From NCBI GenBank assembly GCA_963713605.1, contig CAVQMO010000001.1, positions 1,024,001 through 1,088,000 of the forward strand: DNA of 64,000 bases, in the 5' to 3' direction. Each line of letters begins with the position of its first letter. Position 1 is the first letter of the stretch. Made by a program: the position numbers and the translations under genes. Of this stretch, positions 21,931-32,344 are shown piece by piece. The stretch is from an uncultured Nitrososphaerales archaeon. GTDB taxonomy: Archaea > Thermoproteota > Nitrososphaeria > Nitrososphaerales > Nitrososphaeraceae. The notes under the pieces are model-generated. The model made no database searches. It worked only from the letters and a program-made list of their open reading frames with translations, and had not been told where the DNA came from.

Positions 21931-22521
21931 ATGTACGCATTCGCCTACCTAAGGGTTAGTACCGAAGAACAGACTGTTATGAATCAGAAACTTGTTCTAG
22001 ACAAATGGGCTTCAGACCATGATTTTGATATTCTCTCTTATTTCGAAGACTCGTCCGTAAGTGGAAGAATTCCAGCAATTAGGAGGCGTGCTTTCAGGGA
22101 TATGCTCGAGATCATTAAAGCAGATTCCGTAGATGCCATATTAGTATATGAACTTTCCAGAGTCGGGAGAACATTCTGGGATACGCTTGACGCGATAAAA
22201 GCCATTGAAGAATTTGCTCCGTTGATTTCTTGTTCACCACGGGAAACTTTCCTCCAGAGCACTGAACCCAGTGTCAGAAAGTTGATGATAGGCATACTCA
22301 CTTGGGTTGCAGAAAGAGAACGAGAAATGCTGGTCCAACGAACCAAGGATGGTATGAAGAGGGCTAAGGAATTCGGCAAAAGAATTGGAAGGCCACAGGC
22401 GATGATAGATAGGAACATGCTTGTCAAACTGCTTGCAGACAACGCTCCCCGTTCTAGGATTGCAAATGATTTAGGGATTTCGAAAGCGACGCTATATAAG
22501 GAGTTAAGACAAATGCAGTGA
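21931..22521 (+). CDS. Serine recombinase (resolvase/invertase family) with C-terminal HTH
   Basis: YLRVST catalytic Ser, ELSRVGR, AEREREM, IGRP, IANDLGISKATLY. Confidence 0.95.
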   Translation: MYAFAYLRVSTEEQTVMNQKLVLDKWASDHDFDILSYFEDSSVSGRIPAIRRRAFRDMLEIIKADSVDAILVYELSRVGRTFWDTLDAIKAIEEFAPLISCSPRETFLQSTEPSVRKLMIGILTWVAEREREMLVQRTKDGMKRAKEFGKRIGRPQAMIDRNMLVKLLADNAPRSRIANDLGISKATLYKELRQMQ

Positions 22522-22557
22522 AAGCTTCTGTATTCTACCATGATTATCACACTTTTT

Positions 22558-23872
22558 TTATAGAAGCCGCTCAACTTTCTCAATAATAAAGCCTATGATG
22601 CTCATTAGGTACTCCAGATTTTTCCTGTCAATGGCGAGTGGAGGGATCAAAACTATTGTATTTCCCAATGGCCTCAAGTAAACCCCCGAATTTAGCGCGG
22701 TTTTGAAGATGAAAGAATCAACAGGTTCGCCCGTTTTCTTTCTTATTGCGTCTATCCCTCGTTTTGAAATGTCTAAACCAGCAAGCATTCCTTTGTGTCG
22801 CACATTGATCACAGCTGGAGAATTCTGAAACCCATACAATCTCTTCCTTATGTGTTTTGATTTCAAAGAAATATCCCGTATTAGACCTCTTTTTCTATAC
22901 AATTTCAAATTAGCAATTGCCGTAGCGCAACCGATTGGATGTCCGGAAAAAGTATGACCATGATAGAGTATAGCTTTTCTATCAAGGAACGATTTAAATA
23001 CTTCAGAATTCGTTAGAGTAACCGCTAATGGCGTGTAACCTGCAGTCAGGGCCTTACCGAAGCAGACGATATCTGGAATTGAATCTTGTTTCAAATATTC
23101 TATCATATTTCCAAGCCTACCGAATCCTGTGGCGATCTCGTCCAAAATGAGGAGAACCCCGTGCCTATTGGACAACTCGGCTATTTTCTTTTGATATCCT
23201 TGTGGATAAATTCTTATCCCACCTGCAATTTGGGCGCCGCTCTCCATTACTACAGCACAGGTCTTCGCAGAAACCTTCTTCAGACAAGATTCGGTTTCCT
23301 CAAGGATCTCATCTAACCCCGATACGGGCTCGCTCAACTTTAAGGAAGGACTAGGGAGTCGAGTCACCTTTGTCAATAGTGGTCTGTAGGCGGAAAAGTA
23401 TCGAGGGACATACCCCACAGACATCGCCCCAACTGTGTCACCATGATAACCATTTCGGAGGGAGACGAAATGTCTCTTTTCCGGCCTGCCCCGATTCTTA
23501 TAATATTGTATGGCCATCTTCATTGCAACTTCTACTGCAGTCGAACCGTTATCTGAATAGAAAACGTGCTCCATCCCTTTAGACAATCTTAATAATTCTA
23601 CTGAAAGTTCTATGGATGGTTTATTTGCTAGACTAAAAAGACTAGAATGTTGAAGCGTACTGATTTGGTTTTTCATTTCTCTGATGATTCTCTTTCTCTC
23701 CGTGACCCCAAACATTGCACCACATACTTGAAACACTGTCAAGGTATTGTCGACCTTCCGAATCTATAAGATGGAACCCCTTTCCTTTCGTTATTATCTT
23801 AGTCGTTGAGCTGTCCCACTGGTACATATCTGTATATGGATACCATATGTGATGCTTACTGGTAAGAGCCAT
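22558..23872 (-). CDS. bioA: Adenosylmethionine-8-amino-7-oxononanoate aminotransferase (frameshift near 23720)
   Basis: HIWYPYT, SSMWCNVWGH, NGSTAVEVAMKMA, GYHGDT, DEIATGFGR, GKALTAG, HGHTFSG. Confidence 0.93.
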
Positions 23873-23909
23873 ATTGAAATAAAGCATACTTCATTGCTAT
23901 TAAATTTCT

Positions 23910-24591
23910 GTGAAGGGATTATTTGTCACTGGAACCGATACCAATATTGGAAAGACATTCATAGCCTGCACGATAACGAAGGTTCTAAAGGAAAACGGGG
24001 TTGACGTAGGAGTAATGAAACCATTTGCTACTTCTCATAAGCGATACTCTTCAACTTTCAGATCTGAGGATGCATGGAGACTTTCTCACGCTGCCGAAGG
24101 TAGTTGATCCCGATGAATTAATAAATCCTTATTTCTATCAAATTGGAACAGCTCCTTTCCTTGCGGCAACTATGAGCGGAAAGCCAACTCCCAACTTAGG
24201 TTTTGCAGTCAAGAAATTGCGAAGACTTTCAAGGCAACACGAGTTTCTTGTGGTGGAAGGAATTGGAGGGGTTATGGTGCCTATCTCTAAGAAGGAGACC
24301 ATTTTAGATTTTATCAAGATGGTTGGATTTCCTGCCATCATTGTGACGTCGCCCAAACTAGGTACTATAAACCATACACTACTCACATTCCAAGCTTGTA
24401 GTAATAGGAAAATTCGGGTATATGCAATAATCATCAATAAGAATCCCGAAAAAAAATCTAAGACGCAAGACTGCCTCCCATTGTTACTTTCTGCACTAAC
24501 GGGGGTAAAGAGGGTAATTGAAATCCCAAGAATTCGAAACGCTTATACTTTAAAAAACATTGAAAAATTAATTGCAACAGATTCTTTTTGA
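23910..24591 (+). CDS. bioD: Dethiobiotin synthetase (frameshift near 24100)
   Basis: FVTGTDTNIGKT, MKP, VEGIGG, LGTINHT. Confidence 0.94.
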
Positions 24592-24858
24592 TTTTAACTA
24601 GTGATAAAATTAAGCGATAAATGATATCTTTCAAAACTCGATATTTGAAATATCATTAGATGTTCGGATTTGATTTCCATGACTAAATTCGACCTGCGAT
24701 AATTTTTTGAGATTGGTTACTCGCATAAATCAATATCTTAATTGACAGTCATTATTTGAGCTCAAGCACTTCTGAACCTAACTAACTTAAACGCCTTCTA
24801 CCTATCCGTCCAGATATTTCTAATTTCGAATTCTGAAATATGGAATGAAAATATCTTT

Positions 24859-26058
24859 CTAGATCAATTTCAATCTGGCGGCTGCATATCTGATTGCATC
24901 TAGGACATTCCATATGTCAGCTAGTGTGTGCAAGGCTGAAATGCTAATCCTAATTCTCGACGTGCCCTTCTTGACTGTAGGAAATCTTATGGGTTGGATT
25001 AGGATACCTTTTTTTAACAATAAATTAGAAAACCTGATAGCATTTTTTTCAGGGCCAATCAAGATCGGGATGATTTGAGTCCTAGGCTGGTCAGCAATAA
25101 GACCCATCTTGCAAAGCTCTCCACCGAGAAGTTCTATATTTCGGAACAATTTATCCTGCAAATAACCCCTTCTTACAACCCCTATAGCTGTCATTGCTGA
25201 CACACACAGGTGGCTAGGGATAGATGATGTATATATAAATTGTCTAGATTTGTTTATCAATAGTTCTCGCATCCCTTTGGAGGTGGCAACGTATCCCCCA
25301 AAGCATCCCAACGCTTTGCTCAAGCTACTAATGTGAAAATCTACTCTCGAATTGACGCCAAAATAAGAGGGGATTCCTGAATAGGAACGATCTCTTGGAC
25401 TTCCAAATAAGAAATCACCATGAGCGTCGTCCACGATCACGATTGCATCATGTGAATGACAGATATCGCATATTTTTTTCAAATTTGCAAAATCTCCATC
25501 CATACTAAACACCCCTTCGGTGATCACAATCTTCCTGGGAGATCCCCTGAACCGTTCAATCTTCTGTTCAAGATCATGAATGTCATTGTGCCTAAAAATC
25601 CTGATTTCAGCACCACTTAATCGACATCCGTCTACTATGCTCGCGTGATTAAGCTCGTCACTAAAAATTACACAATCCTTACCCCCTAAAGCTGTAATGG
25701 TGCCAAGATTTGCCATATACCCCGTAGGAAACACCAATGCCGACTGTGTTTTGCGATGAATAGCTAGTACATCTTCTAGACGTTCCAATTCAGGTGTATT
25801 CCCAGTGATGAGCCTCGAGCTGCAGGGAGAAATCTGCCTTAGAGATTTCTTTGTTGTTTGCACTACTTCATTGTGTGTAGAGATACCTAGATAGTCATTG
25901 GAACAAAAGTTCAAAATGTTGTCTTGATAGTTATGTCTAATTCTTACTGACCCATTAAGACTATTATCTATATTTAAGCTTCGATAAAGGTCACAAGATC
26001 TTAGATAGTCAAGCTCTTTTTTCACAAAATCGTAATGGTTACCTTCGGTTGATACCAA
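24859..26058 (-). CDS. bioF: 8-amino-7-oxononanoate synthase
   Basis: FCSNDYLG, GYMANLG, DELNHAS, EGVFSMDGD, DDAH, SLSKALG. Confidence 0.95.
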   Translation of the reverse strand: MVSTEGNHYDFVKKELDYLRSCDLYRSLNIDNSLNGSVRIRHNYQDNILNFCSNDYLGISTHNEVVQTTKKSLRQISPCSSRLITGNTPELERLEDVLAIHRKTQSALVFPTGYMANLGTITALGGKDCVIFSDELNHASIVDGCRLSGAEIRIFRHNDIHDLEQKIERFRGSPRKIVITEGVFSMDGDFANLKKICDICHSHDAIVIVDDAHGDFLFGSPRDRSYSGIPSYFGVNSRVDFHISSLSKALGCFGGYVATSKGMRELLINKSRQFIYTSSIPSHLCVSAMTAIGVVRRGYLQDKLFRNIELLGGELCKMGLIADQPRTQIIPILIGPEKNAIRFSNLLLKKGILIQPIRFPTVKKGTSRIRISISALHTLADIWNVLDAIRYAAARLKLI

Positions 26059-27016
26059 TATCCTGAATCATTTGCATATCCCTACTTGGATCGTTACCAT
26101 TTGTAGTCAAATATCCTCCCGTAATTATGCCGTTCGCTCCCGCCCTTAAGGCCAAATTGTCGTCATCCCTAAAATATACTTCCCTCCCAGCAGCAATCTT
26201 GATAATCGGGGTTGGCATTAAGAATCTCCATACGGCGATTGTCTTGATTGCATCTATAGGACTAACTCCATGAAGGCTTTCAAAAGGAGTTCCTGACTTA
26301 GGTATTAGAATATTTATTGGCACCTCGTTAGGTGATAAATCTCTAATAGAATATCCAAGCTCTAATCTCTGAATAGTGGTTTCGCCCATACCTATAATTC
26401 CGCCACAACATAGCTCGAGGCCTGCATCTTTAACTATGCGCGCTGTTTTCACTCTATCTGAAAAATCGTGAGTCCTACAAATTTGAGAAAAATATGTTTC
26501 AGATGTTTCTAGGTTGTGATTATATCTCTTTACCCCGATCATTTTCAAACGTTTAGCTCGTTCCTTCGTCATGAAACCCAAAGAAACATTTACATCAATC
26601 TCTAAATACTTCTTTATATGTTCTATTATTTCACATATATAATTGAAATCGCTTTCAGGTGGCGATCTATATGCGCATACTAAACAAAAGCTATTTGCAC
26701 CAGATTCCTTGGCCTTTTGGGCGCGTCCTAATATCGTCTCTTTTGAAAGTAACGGATACTTTTCTATTTTGCTTTCATAAAAAGATGATTGAGCACAGAA
26801 AGAACAGTCCTCCGGACAACTGCCAGACTTTGCATTAAGTAGCATTTCGACGTCTATCAGATCCTCACTAAAATTTCGAGCTATTCTATTTGCAGTTTCT
26901 GCTAAAATTTGGACGTCGGTAGTATTGAAGAGTCGCTCAGCTTCTGGAAGCCGTATTTCAGCCCCTGAATTGACTTTATTCTCCATTTTAGCTATGAACT
27001 CCCCGTCCTCCACCAT
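26039..27016 (-). CDS. bioB: Biotin synthase (radical SAM)
   Basis: CPEDCSFCAQS, YNHNLET, CCGGIIGMGE, AGRE, YLTT. Confidence 0.97.
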   Translation of the reverse strand: MVEDGEFIAKMENKVNSGAEIRLPEAERLFNTTDVQILAETANRIARNFSEDLIDVEMLLNAKSGSCPEDCSFCAQSSFYESKIEKYPLLSKETILGRAQKAKESGANSFCLVCAYRSPPESDFNYICEIIEHIKKYLEIDVNVSLGFMTKERAKRLKMIGVKRYNHNLETSETYFSQICRTHDFSDRVKTARIVKDAGLELCCGGIIGMGETTIQRLELGYSIRDLSPNEVPINILIPKSGTPFESLHGVSPIDAIKTIAVWRFLMPTPIIKIAAGREVYFRDDDNLALRAGANGIITGGYLTTNGNDPSRDMQMIQDIGINRR

Positions 27017-27134
27017 TAATATATGGGAGAATACTAAATCATATAATTAACTTTCGGATTCATATGTACAAATCAAGAGCTTTCACAATACGAAATTTGA
27101 AATATTTTAATAATTTTCTATTGTAGAGAATTCA

Positions 27135-27460
27135 ATGAAGGAAATTATTCTGGATATTAAACTCTCAGAAAATGAATATGCTGAAATATCTAAATACCTC
27201 AAACTGCTACCAGCCCCCGTGTTACTGTTCGGGTTAAGATTTGCTTATAAAAGATATATGGCTATCTCTGGAGGCTACTTGTTTCCTGGGAGAAAGAGTA
27301 TCGTTAAAAGAGAAACCCACTTGATAACCAGAGTACAGGCTAAACGTCGACTTAAAAATTGGAAGTCAATGATAAGAATATATCGAGAGAAGAGGCTATC
27401 AGCTATCCAACTATTTCAAGGATAAAGAAACAGTTAATCAAGATTACCTTAGACAATTGA
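27135..27460 (+). CDS. Small basic hypothetical protein (frameshifted near 27395)
   Basis: ORF 27135-27425 continues as SYPTISRIKKQLIKITLDN* in a shifted frame. Confidence 0.6.
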
Positions 27461-27530
27461 GCTGCGATTTCATCTCAATCTTGTTAAGAACACTTACAAT
27501 TCAATCACTAGACCTTGATTGTATTTCGAA

Positions 27531-28493
27531 CTAGATCCCTCTCTGTGCTACAGGGAATTGCCCACAGAGTTGGCAGTAATTTGAAAGAAAGGAAACACAA
27601 TTTCTACAACCAGAACAGGTCAATTCTGGACAGTCATACCTGTCCTTAAGGGAAAAATTGCGAGCGAAACTTTTAAAGTAGTATAGGTGTTCTTTATCTC
27701 TTACAACTACACCTTTGTCCTTTGCCACGCGGGCCTCTTCGACAAACGAAAAATCATTGCAGTTATTTTCAATAATTTCTCTTATTCTCGTAATGCCAGC
27801 CCCTTCCTCCTGTGCCTGTTTCATTCTCCAACAAATCTCTTCTCCTAGTTCATCTCGAAAACAGTGCCGCAAGGCCAATTTACCCCAAACCATGTTTCTA
27901 TAGAATCCGACCAGTTCTGAGATCGGAATCAATTCTGCTACACGAACTACTTTTTCATTAAGAAAAGGCGCAATGATTTTCACCTTCAGACTCTCCCCTA
28001 GGCTAAATGCTGGGAAGGTCATAATTGCTCTTAAACGTAAAATTTCACTTTCGAGACGTGATGGGTTATCTAAATATCTTTTCAGAAAATTGTAACCAGC
28101 AAATAATTCGTCACCACCGTCACCAGTATAGACACAGTTAAATCCATTAGAATTAGCCACCTCCAAAGCGGCGTATGGAACAACAGAGTTCCGAATTGTT
28201 ATCGGGTCAAATGTTTTTAATGCGACAATGACTTTATCAATCAATCCTAGCACTTCCTGAGTTGAGAGGATTCTCTTTAACTTCTTTCTGACAAATTTGA
28301 GAGCCGCTGCATCAGCATATTTCAAGTCAGGCGCTTCAGAGCCGAATCCAATTGTAATGGAGTACTCGGGCTTACGAATGGCCGTTATGATAGCACTATC
28401 TAGTCCACCTGAGAGTAGGACCGTGTCACAAACTTCATCCCAAATGGAATAGCGAACTGAATCCTTTAACCTTCTGCATTGCATATCCTTCAA
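27531..28493 (-). CDS. Asparagine synthase-like ATP pyrophosphatase without a glutaminase domain, C-terminal Zn ribbon
   Basis: LSGGLDS, TGDGGDELFAGY, APFL, GKLALR; C-terminal CSGC...CQLC. Confidence 0.85.
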   Translation of the reverse strand: MKDMQCRRLKDSVRYSIWDEVCDTVLLSGGLDSAIITAIRKPEYSITIGFGSEAPDLKYADAAALKFVRKKLKRILSTQEVLGLIDKVIVALKTFDPITIRNSVVPYAALEVANSNGFNCVYTGDGGDELFAGYNFLKRYLDNPSRLESEILRLRAIMTFPAFSLGESLKVKIIAPFLNEKVVRVAELIPISELVGFYRNMVWGKLALRHCFRDELGEEICWRMKQAQEEGAGITRIREIIENNCNDFSFVEEARVAKDKGVVVRDKEHLYYFKSFARNFSLKDRYDCPELTCSGCRNCVSFLSNYCQLCGQFPVAQRGI

Positions 28494-28593
28494 TTGTTAC
28501 AGAATAGGTTGACAGTCACTATATCATTTATTCGAAGTTAGCAATGAAAATCTCTTCCCGAAGTGGATTCGGCGTCATCATTTTATCATTTGA

Positions 28594-28917
28594 TTAGCTC
28601 ACATTACTGTAGACATGATCTCGAGATTTGGGAGAATTTTGTTCGTTTTCAAAGTCTAGAATTTCAGGAACCGAGGGAAGCATCAACACCATCTGTTCAT
28701 ATTTTCTAAGATAGAAAACACCTGATTCAGTCGTTTTATACAGTCCAGTTGTTTCAGAATATTCAATCAGTCCCTTTTCTATTCCAACGGCCAGATACCT
28801 TATTAGTTGTGAGTGTGAAATTGCAGCAGTATTCATTATGCTTGTCTTATATTCCCAACTGCTAGTTGCAGAGCGGAGAATTGAAGCCATAACTTCAATA
28901 TCAGAGCGGTTCTTCAT
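28594..28917 (-). CDS. Winged-helix transcriptional regulator (HTH_45-like)
   Basis: RSDIEVMASIL...KTSIM...YKTTESG pattern. Confidence 0.85.
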   Translation of the reverse strand: MKNRSDIEVMASILRSATSSWEYKTSIMNTAAISHSQLIRYLAVGIEKGLIEYSETTGLYKTTESGVFYLRKYEQMVLMLPSVPEILDFENEQNSPKSRDHVYSNVS

Positions 28918-29158
28918 TGGTATCCGATTTATGAATTGACGTAAGAGAATAAAAAATGGTTTGACAAATTATAACGACAATATGTTTGGATATTTCTTAC
29001 GTTTTTGAGATCTCCCTGTCTCACGCGTCTATAGAGTTTGGTCATGCATCACGAAAATTGGATACTGTGACAATTTTCCAGATTTTAAGGGCTTTACATT
29101 CCAAATCAATGAAGAATGAGAAATACAATTTATATGAACTTCAAATGAATTCAAATTC

Positions 29159-30497
29159 ATGAAAAAGAATGCGATAAAGAAATGCATTAACCCAAAATGT
29201 GGAAAAACTTTCAATATAGTAAGCGAAGCCTATTCATGTTCTTGCAATTCTTTGTTAGATGTTACCTACCTTGACAGACCGAAAAAGGAGTTAATAGAAA
29301 TATTCTATTCACGAAGGAATCACGGTGGAAACATATACAATGAAAGCGGGGTATGGCGTTTTCGCGATCTTGTTAATTTTCTCGGAATTGATACAGAAGA
29401 TTTGAATGAATGCGCAAAAATACTTGTATCTCTCGACGGGGCAGAAGGGAGACTCTCAAAACCATATCGGATGAGTAAAGTTGCAGAATACGTCAACTTG
29501 AAACAGGACTGCCTCTTACTACAGCCAGAGGGCTACAATCCGAGCGGATCATTTAAGGACAATGGCATGTCTACTGCAATAACACACGCGAAAGCTACTG
29601 GCGTGAACAAGATTATCTGTGCATCGACCGGAAATACCTCTGCTTCGGCAGGCAATGTACGCGGCCAACGAAAATATGAGATGTGAGGTTTTTATCCCAA
29701 AAGGAGAAATTGCTGCTGGAAAACTGGGCCAGGCGTTCCAATTTGGTGCCCAAGTAATTCAGGTAGAAGGAAACTTTGATGATGCTCTCAATCAATCGTT
29801 GGCAAAGGTAAATCTCCACAATGGATACACTGTGAATTCTGTGAATCCTTTTAGGTTGGAAGGGCAAAAGACAATAGTATACAGGATTTTAGAGAACCTA
29901 GATTGGAACCCTCCGGACTGGCTAGTATATCCTGGTGGAGCGCTGGGAAATACCGCTAGTTGTGGAAAATGCTTGATGGAGTTATATGATTGGGGATGGA
30001 TTAAGAAGATCCCTCGGATAGTTATTGTGAATTCAAACGGTGCAAATACGTTCTATGAACTAGCAAATGGCAAATTTGAAGGTCAAAAACTTACCTGGAA
30101 TGCTGGAAATTTCGACACCAGTCTATTGAAGAGGTACTATTTCTACAAGGATAGCAAGGGAATACTGCCTAAAACTAGGGCTACGGCGATACAAATTGGA
30201 AAACCGGCAAACATCGCTAAGGCTCTTCGAACGATAGAATTCACAAATGGACTAGTAGTACAAGTCGATGACAGGGAGATGAGTCATGGTATGGCAGTAG
30301 TAGGTCTGAATGGGTTTGACTGTGAAATGGCATCTGGCGCTGTCCCTGCAGGCATCAAATCATTAAGAGAACAAGAGGTGATAAAAAAGGACGATATTGC
30401 CGTAGGGGTGCTAACCGGGAGGCAGAAGGACCCAGCGTTGGCGGTAGAATACCACTCAGACCCAAAAAATAAGTTCGCGAGGCCCCCAATTGTTTAA
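29159..30497 (+). CDS. thrC: Threonine synthase (frameshift near 29650)
   Basis: N-terminal Cys motif, [13 protein letters not shown] lysine, [30 protein letters not shown]. Confidence 0.92.
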
Positions 30498-30566
30498 ATC
30501 CATTAAGGCCAACTCCGTTCAATCACAAGTTTGACAGTTCTATGAGCGGATGAGCAGTTACCAAAA

Positions 30567-31494
30567 TCAGCTAATGACCAATATTGTTCCAGTAATCCGA
30601 GCAAGAACCAGAGTCGAATGCATAGCGTCTAACAATCCTTCCGGAACTGCCTTCTTCATCCCTTTTATTGCTTTTAATAAGTAAGGTACCGAAATGAAGG
30701 AGAACAATGAGTAGATTACAACCAGATTTAACGCAAACCCTAGAATGATCAACAAGTAAGGTGATATGAGAAGAATAGGATACAATTTTCGTGCCTGTTC
30801 TTTTCCAAGGCTAATTGCAAGCGTCTTTCTTCCCTTTGACTTATCTGCATCAAAGTCTGGGAAAGACGTTACGAACAGGACACAGCCTGACAGCACTCCC
30901 AATATCATGCCGTTATAAAAAGGAATGAATTCAATCGAATTTGTCAGGACGTAATAGGTGCCAAATACGATAAGAGCACCCTTGATGGCAACAAAAGTTT
31001 CCCCGAGTCCCCAATAAACTAGTCTACTGGAATAGGTGTAAACTGAAAAGACAGACTATTCCTAGAATTACTCCCACTATTGGACCTCTCAATAGAATGA
31101 AGTAAATCCCTATAAGAGATCCGACAACGAGGAATAATAAACCAATAACGTAAACATGCTTTGCCTTAAGAAGACCGCTGGGCAATACTCCTGTACCACC
31201 ACTAAATTTTGTTCGTTTTGTGATTTTGTCTATTCCTTTTACATAGTCCCAATAGTCATTCAACAAGTCTATGCTAAAATGTAAAAATGCTACGCCGACT
31301 AGAATGAGTATAGTGAACGAAATGTTAACCTGGGCTGTCTCATAGTAGACTATAGATACTCCTAAAAGAACTGCTATGATCGATGATAATACAAACCTTA
31401 GTCTTACCACTCTAGACCATGCGTACAAAGAATTCCTAATTTCCATCTCTTTATTGTTTTCACCGAGCCCTTCATTCTTATCGCTAACTTTCAC
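30567..31494 (-). CDS. UbiA-family prenyltransferase, MenA-like (frameshift near 31040)
   Basis: NDYWDYVKGID, FSGGTG, GLGE, PDFDADKSKGRKTL; multiple TM segments. Confidence 0.87.
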
Positions 31495-31523
31495 AAATAT
31501 AAAATAGTGATCACAAAGTAATT

Positions 31524-32330
31524 GTGATCAAGAGTATAGACATTATGAATTTGGACCTGGCTCATTTGAAGGTCGCCATTGGCGGGTGCGTTTTTGGAAG
31601 GGAGATTAGGAATTTTAAGGAAATTTCTTCAACCCAAGACTACGCTATCACAATTGCCGAAACAGCCCCCTATTGTCATGGTATGGTCGTCATATCAGAA
31701 TCTCAATTATTTGGACGTGGTAGGAAAGGTAAGAGATGGCTATCACCAACTGGAGGGTTATGGTTCTCAGTAATAATCAAGTCTGGCATAAAGACTAGTT
31801 CCAGCATATACCTGTCTTATGCAATGTCGTTGGCAGTGTGTGAAATTTTGGCAAATAATTTCAACGTAGAGGCATGCATTAAGTGGCCCAATGATGTTCT
31901 TATTAGGACACGGAAAGTGGCCGGTATTCTCATAAGCTCGGCGGTTCGTGGCGAGGACTTGGAATACTGTGTTGTGGGAGCCGGAATAAATTTGAATTCA
32001 AGGCCAAAAGGACTAAAAGGGTCAACTTCACTGATTGAACACACGAGTCAATCATCGATTGCCCTAGAACCCTTCTTGGCCTCAGTTCTTGTTCTCTTCA
32101 GCAACTACTATGATGAAATACAGGCCGGGAATTTGGAATTAATTACGAAGCGATGGAAATTGCATTGTCCTATGATGGGAAAGAGGATTAAGGCAGTGGT
32201 GAATGGAGTTCAATTGGAGGGGGTCGCCAGCAATATTGATTCAGATGGTTTCCTGATATTGGTAACAACAGAGGGCCGAAAAGTCAAAATTTCAGATACA
32301 CAAGATACATCAGTCAAAATCAGATTATGA
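31524..32330 (+). CDS. birA: Biotin-protein ligase without N-terminal HTH
   Basis: SSTQD, GRGRKGKRW, KWPND, KVAGIL, GINL. Confidence 0.95.
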   Translation: MIKSIDIMNLDLAHLKVAIGGCVFGREIRNFKEISSTQDYAITIAETAPYCHGMVVISESQLFGRGRKGKRWLSPTGGLWFSVIIKSGIKTSSSIYLSYAMSLAVCEILANNFNVEACIKWPNDVLIRTRKVAGILISSAVRGEDLEYCVVGAGINLNSRPKGLKGSTSLIEHTSQSSIALEPFLASVLVLFSNYYDEIQAGNLELITKRWKLHCPMMGKRIKAVVNGVQLEGVASNIDSDGFLILVTTEGRKVKISDTQDTSVKIRL

Positions 32331-32344
32331 ACCAACGACAATCC

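Noticed and set aside
24620..24657. Inverted repeat AATGATATCTTTCAAA...TTTGAAATATCATT between convergent bioD and bioF as a second res site for bioD inversion
   Set aside because: It does not match the half-site upstream of the resolvase, is very AT-rich, and has no counterpart on the other side of bioD.
21289..28917. tRNA-integrated genomic island carrying the bio genes
   Set aside because: The tRNA 3' end faces away from the resolvase, no att duplication was found by eye, and the cargo is housekeeping.
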